From NCBI GenBank assembly GCA_964535385.1, contig CAZHSY010000004.1:7762-71761 (forward strand): 64,000 nt of DNA, in the 5' to 3' direction. The stretch comes from an uncultured Candidatus Saccharibacteria bacterium. Its GTDB lineage: Bacteria > Patescibacteriota > Saccharimonadia > CAILAD01 > GCA-016700035. Under the pieces are notes generated by a model. That model had not been told where the DNA came from. It searched no databases and worked only from the letters and a program-made list of their open reading frames with translations. Positions 62,985 through 64,000 of the stretch are shown in pieces (position 1 is the first letter of the stretch; the number at the start of each line of letters is the position of its first letter). The position numbers and the translations under genes are program-made.

Positions 62985-64000
62985 TTATTTTTTTTGTAAT
63001 AACTCAGTATATAGGGAGTCGAGCTGAGCCGTTAGCTTGGTGATGTCATAACGCTGGGCTATTGTGTAGGCGGCTTGAGCAGCAGCTTGGTGGCCATTGG
63101 GGTTGGAACATTGTTCGACGAGTTGGGTAAAGGTCTGATCATTGCCATATAGCGCTCCTTCTGGGAAGCTGGTGTGATATTCTGGTATGTCGCGTAGGAT
63201 GATCGGTAATTTGAGTGCAGCAGCTTCGAGTACGGCCAGAGGGTGGTTCTCTTGTTCTGAGGGCAGGAAGAAAATGTCGCCGGCTTGCATGTGCTCGAGG
63301 GATGCAGCGCGATCGAGTAAGCCGGTGATCGTGACATTCGGAGGTGCGGTTTCGACGAGGTGTGTCATTTTACGATATTGACTACCCATGCGACCAAATG
63401 GCATGCCGCCAATCCAGATAAAGCTCTTGCTTGGCAGGTCGTAGGCAATTTTGCAGAATGTGTCGAATCGTTTGCGAGGTTGGATCTGCCCATTGCCAAT
63501 TACGACTGTTCGCTTATCTGGTAGCGATAGTTTATGACGGAGTCGCTGGCGGGTCTCCTGGTCTGGCTTCAGGGTATGCAGATCGATGCCATTTGGGATA
63601 ACTTCAATCCGGCTTTTTACGCCAAGCTTTCTGAGTGCGTTGGCGACCTCCTGGGAGACGGCGATAATAAGGCCGGCTTGATTGTAGAACCACTTTAGGT
63701 ATTGTCGAGAGCTAGCGTGTAGTACTCGACCACCTTTGAGTGATCCAGTTAATGAATCAGGAATGATGTGGGCTGTAATGACACGCCGATTCTTCGGCAC
63801 TCGTCTCAGAGCTCGCCAACTGTAGGGGCCAACAGTATGGGCGTGCACGATCTCGGTGACTTGTTTAGTATTTATGAGAACTGCATACGTGTTGCGAGCC
63901 CTAATGGCGGTACAATGTTCGAGGAAGGCAGTGTGCACGCCGTGCCCTTGGACAGTAAACTCACTTTCGCTAACTATATTAATAGAGGGCTTAATCGGCG
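62985..64000 (-). CDS. GT4 family glycosyltransferase; the 5' end lies beyond the window edge.
   Basis: The frame stays open upstream of the ORF-track start to position 64000. GT4 N- and C-domain motifs (VIPNGIDL, E..E region). Confidence 0.65.
   Translation of the reverse strand, partial: PIKPSINIVSESEFTVQGHGVHTAFLEHCTAIRARNTYAVLINTKQVTEIVHAHTVGPYSWRALRRVPKNRRVITAHIIPDSLTGSLKGGRVLHASSRQYLKWFYNQAGLIIAVSQEVANALRKLGVKSRIEVIPNGIDLHTLKPDQETRQRLRHKLSLPDKRTVVIGNGQIQPRKRFDTFCKIAYDLPSKSFIWIGGMPFGRMGSQYRKMTHLVETAPPNVTITGLLDRAASLEHMQAGDIFFLPSEQENHPLAVLEAAALKLPIILRDIPEYHTSFPEGALYGNDQTFTQLVEQCSNPNGHQAAAQAAYTIAQRYDITKLTAQLDSLYTELLQKK

Noticed and set aside
1-64000. Alternative genetic code, for example UGA=Gly (code 25) as in some CPR lineages.
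   Set aside because: TGA is used as the stop of many well-conserved genes (pilM, pilN, pilO, the HIT gene, uppP, bactofilin) with correctly positioned downstream starts. The single in-frame TAG in the HD gene is an isolated case.

Overview
This 64 kb window is gene-dense (about 90% coding) with roughly 50% GC. It uses the standard genetic code: TGA terminates pilM and several other genes. I infer from gene content that the contig comes from a small-genome, monoderm-like bacterium. The evidence is a complete type IV pilus locus with no secretin, a MurT/GatD lipid II amidation pair, giant repeat-rich surface proteins and many glycosyltransferases. This pattern fits Candidate Phyla Radiation / Saccharibacteria-like organisms, but that placement is not proven here.

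Main content, in order along the window:
- A two-gene module at 2..3609: a hypothetical protein translationally coupled to a 945 aa Cys-rich secreted protein.
- A contiguous type IV pilus locus at 3717..15864: pilM-pilN-pilO, a small membrane ORF, pilB, pilT, pilC, a major pilin with its own promoter, pilD, three minor pilins and a PilX-like protein.
- A Xer-type tyrosine recombinase, then a Wzy_C/O-antigen-ligase-like protein with C-terminal TPR repeats, a candidate pilin glycosyltransferase.
- Housekeeping genes: dedA, an M16 peptidase, ndk, a PrsA-like parvulin, a TrmB-like regulator and rplY.
- nrdR divergent from a 2039 aa giant surface protein (W-rich propeller-like repeats, a LamG-like domain and Fn3 domains), followed by a MacB/FtsX-type ABC pair.
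- dinB, thrS with a possible T-box leader, miaA, murT-gatD, rpmB, an M50 protease, a PaaX-like regulator, a HIT protein, uppP, rnhA and RNase P RNA with a clear promoter.
- Envelope glycosylation genes: a phosphoglycosyl transferase with a GT4, a GT2 with a WecA/MraY-like GT4, and a galT / MGDG-synthase-like / GT4 cluster at the right edge.
- infC-rpmI-rplT, and a bactofilin/DUF4446 operon.
- Six tRNAs: Arg-CCU, Asp-GUC, Thr-CGU, Val-GAC, Pro-GGG, and one Gly-like tRNA whose anticodon I fold as CCU.

I found no CRISPR array, transposase or integrase cassette. The items I think most deserve follow-up are:
- the secretin-less pilus locus together with its flanking adhesin-like and glycosylation candidates;
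- the giant repeat protein with its ABC transporter;
- the anomalous Gly-like tRNA with a CCU anticodon;
- an HD-domain gene interrupted by a single in-frame TAG;
- tandem DnaA-box-like repeats upstream of nrdR;
- a wHTH-nucleotidyltransferase two-gene module.
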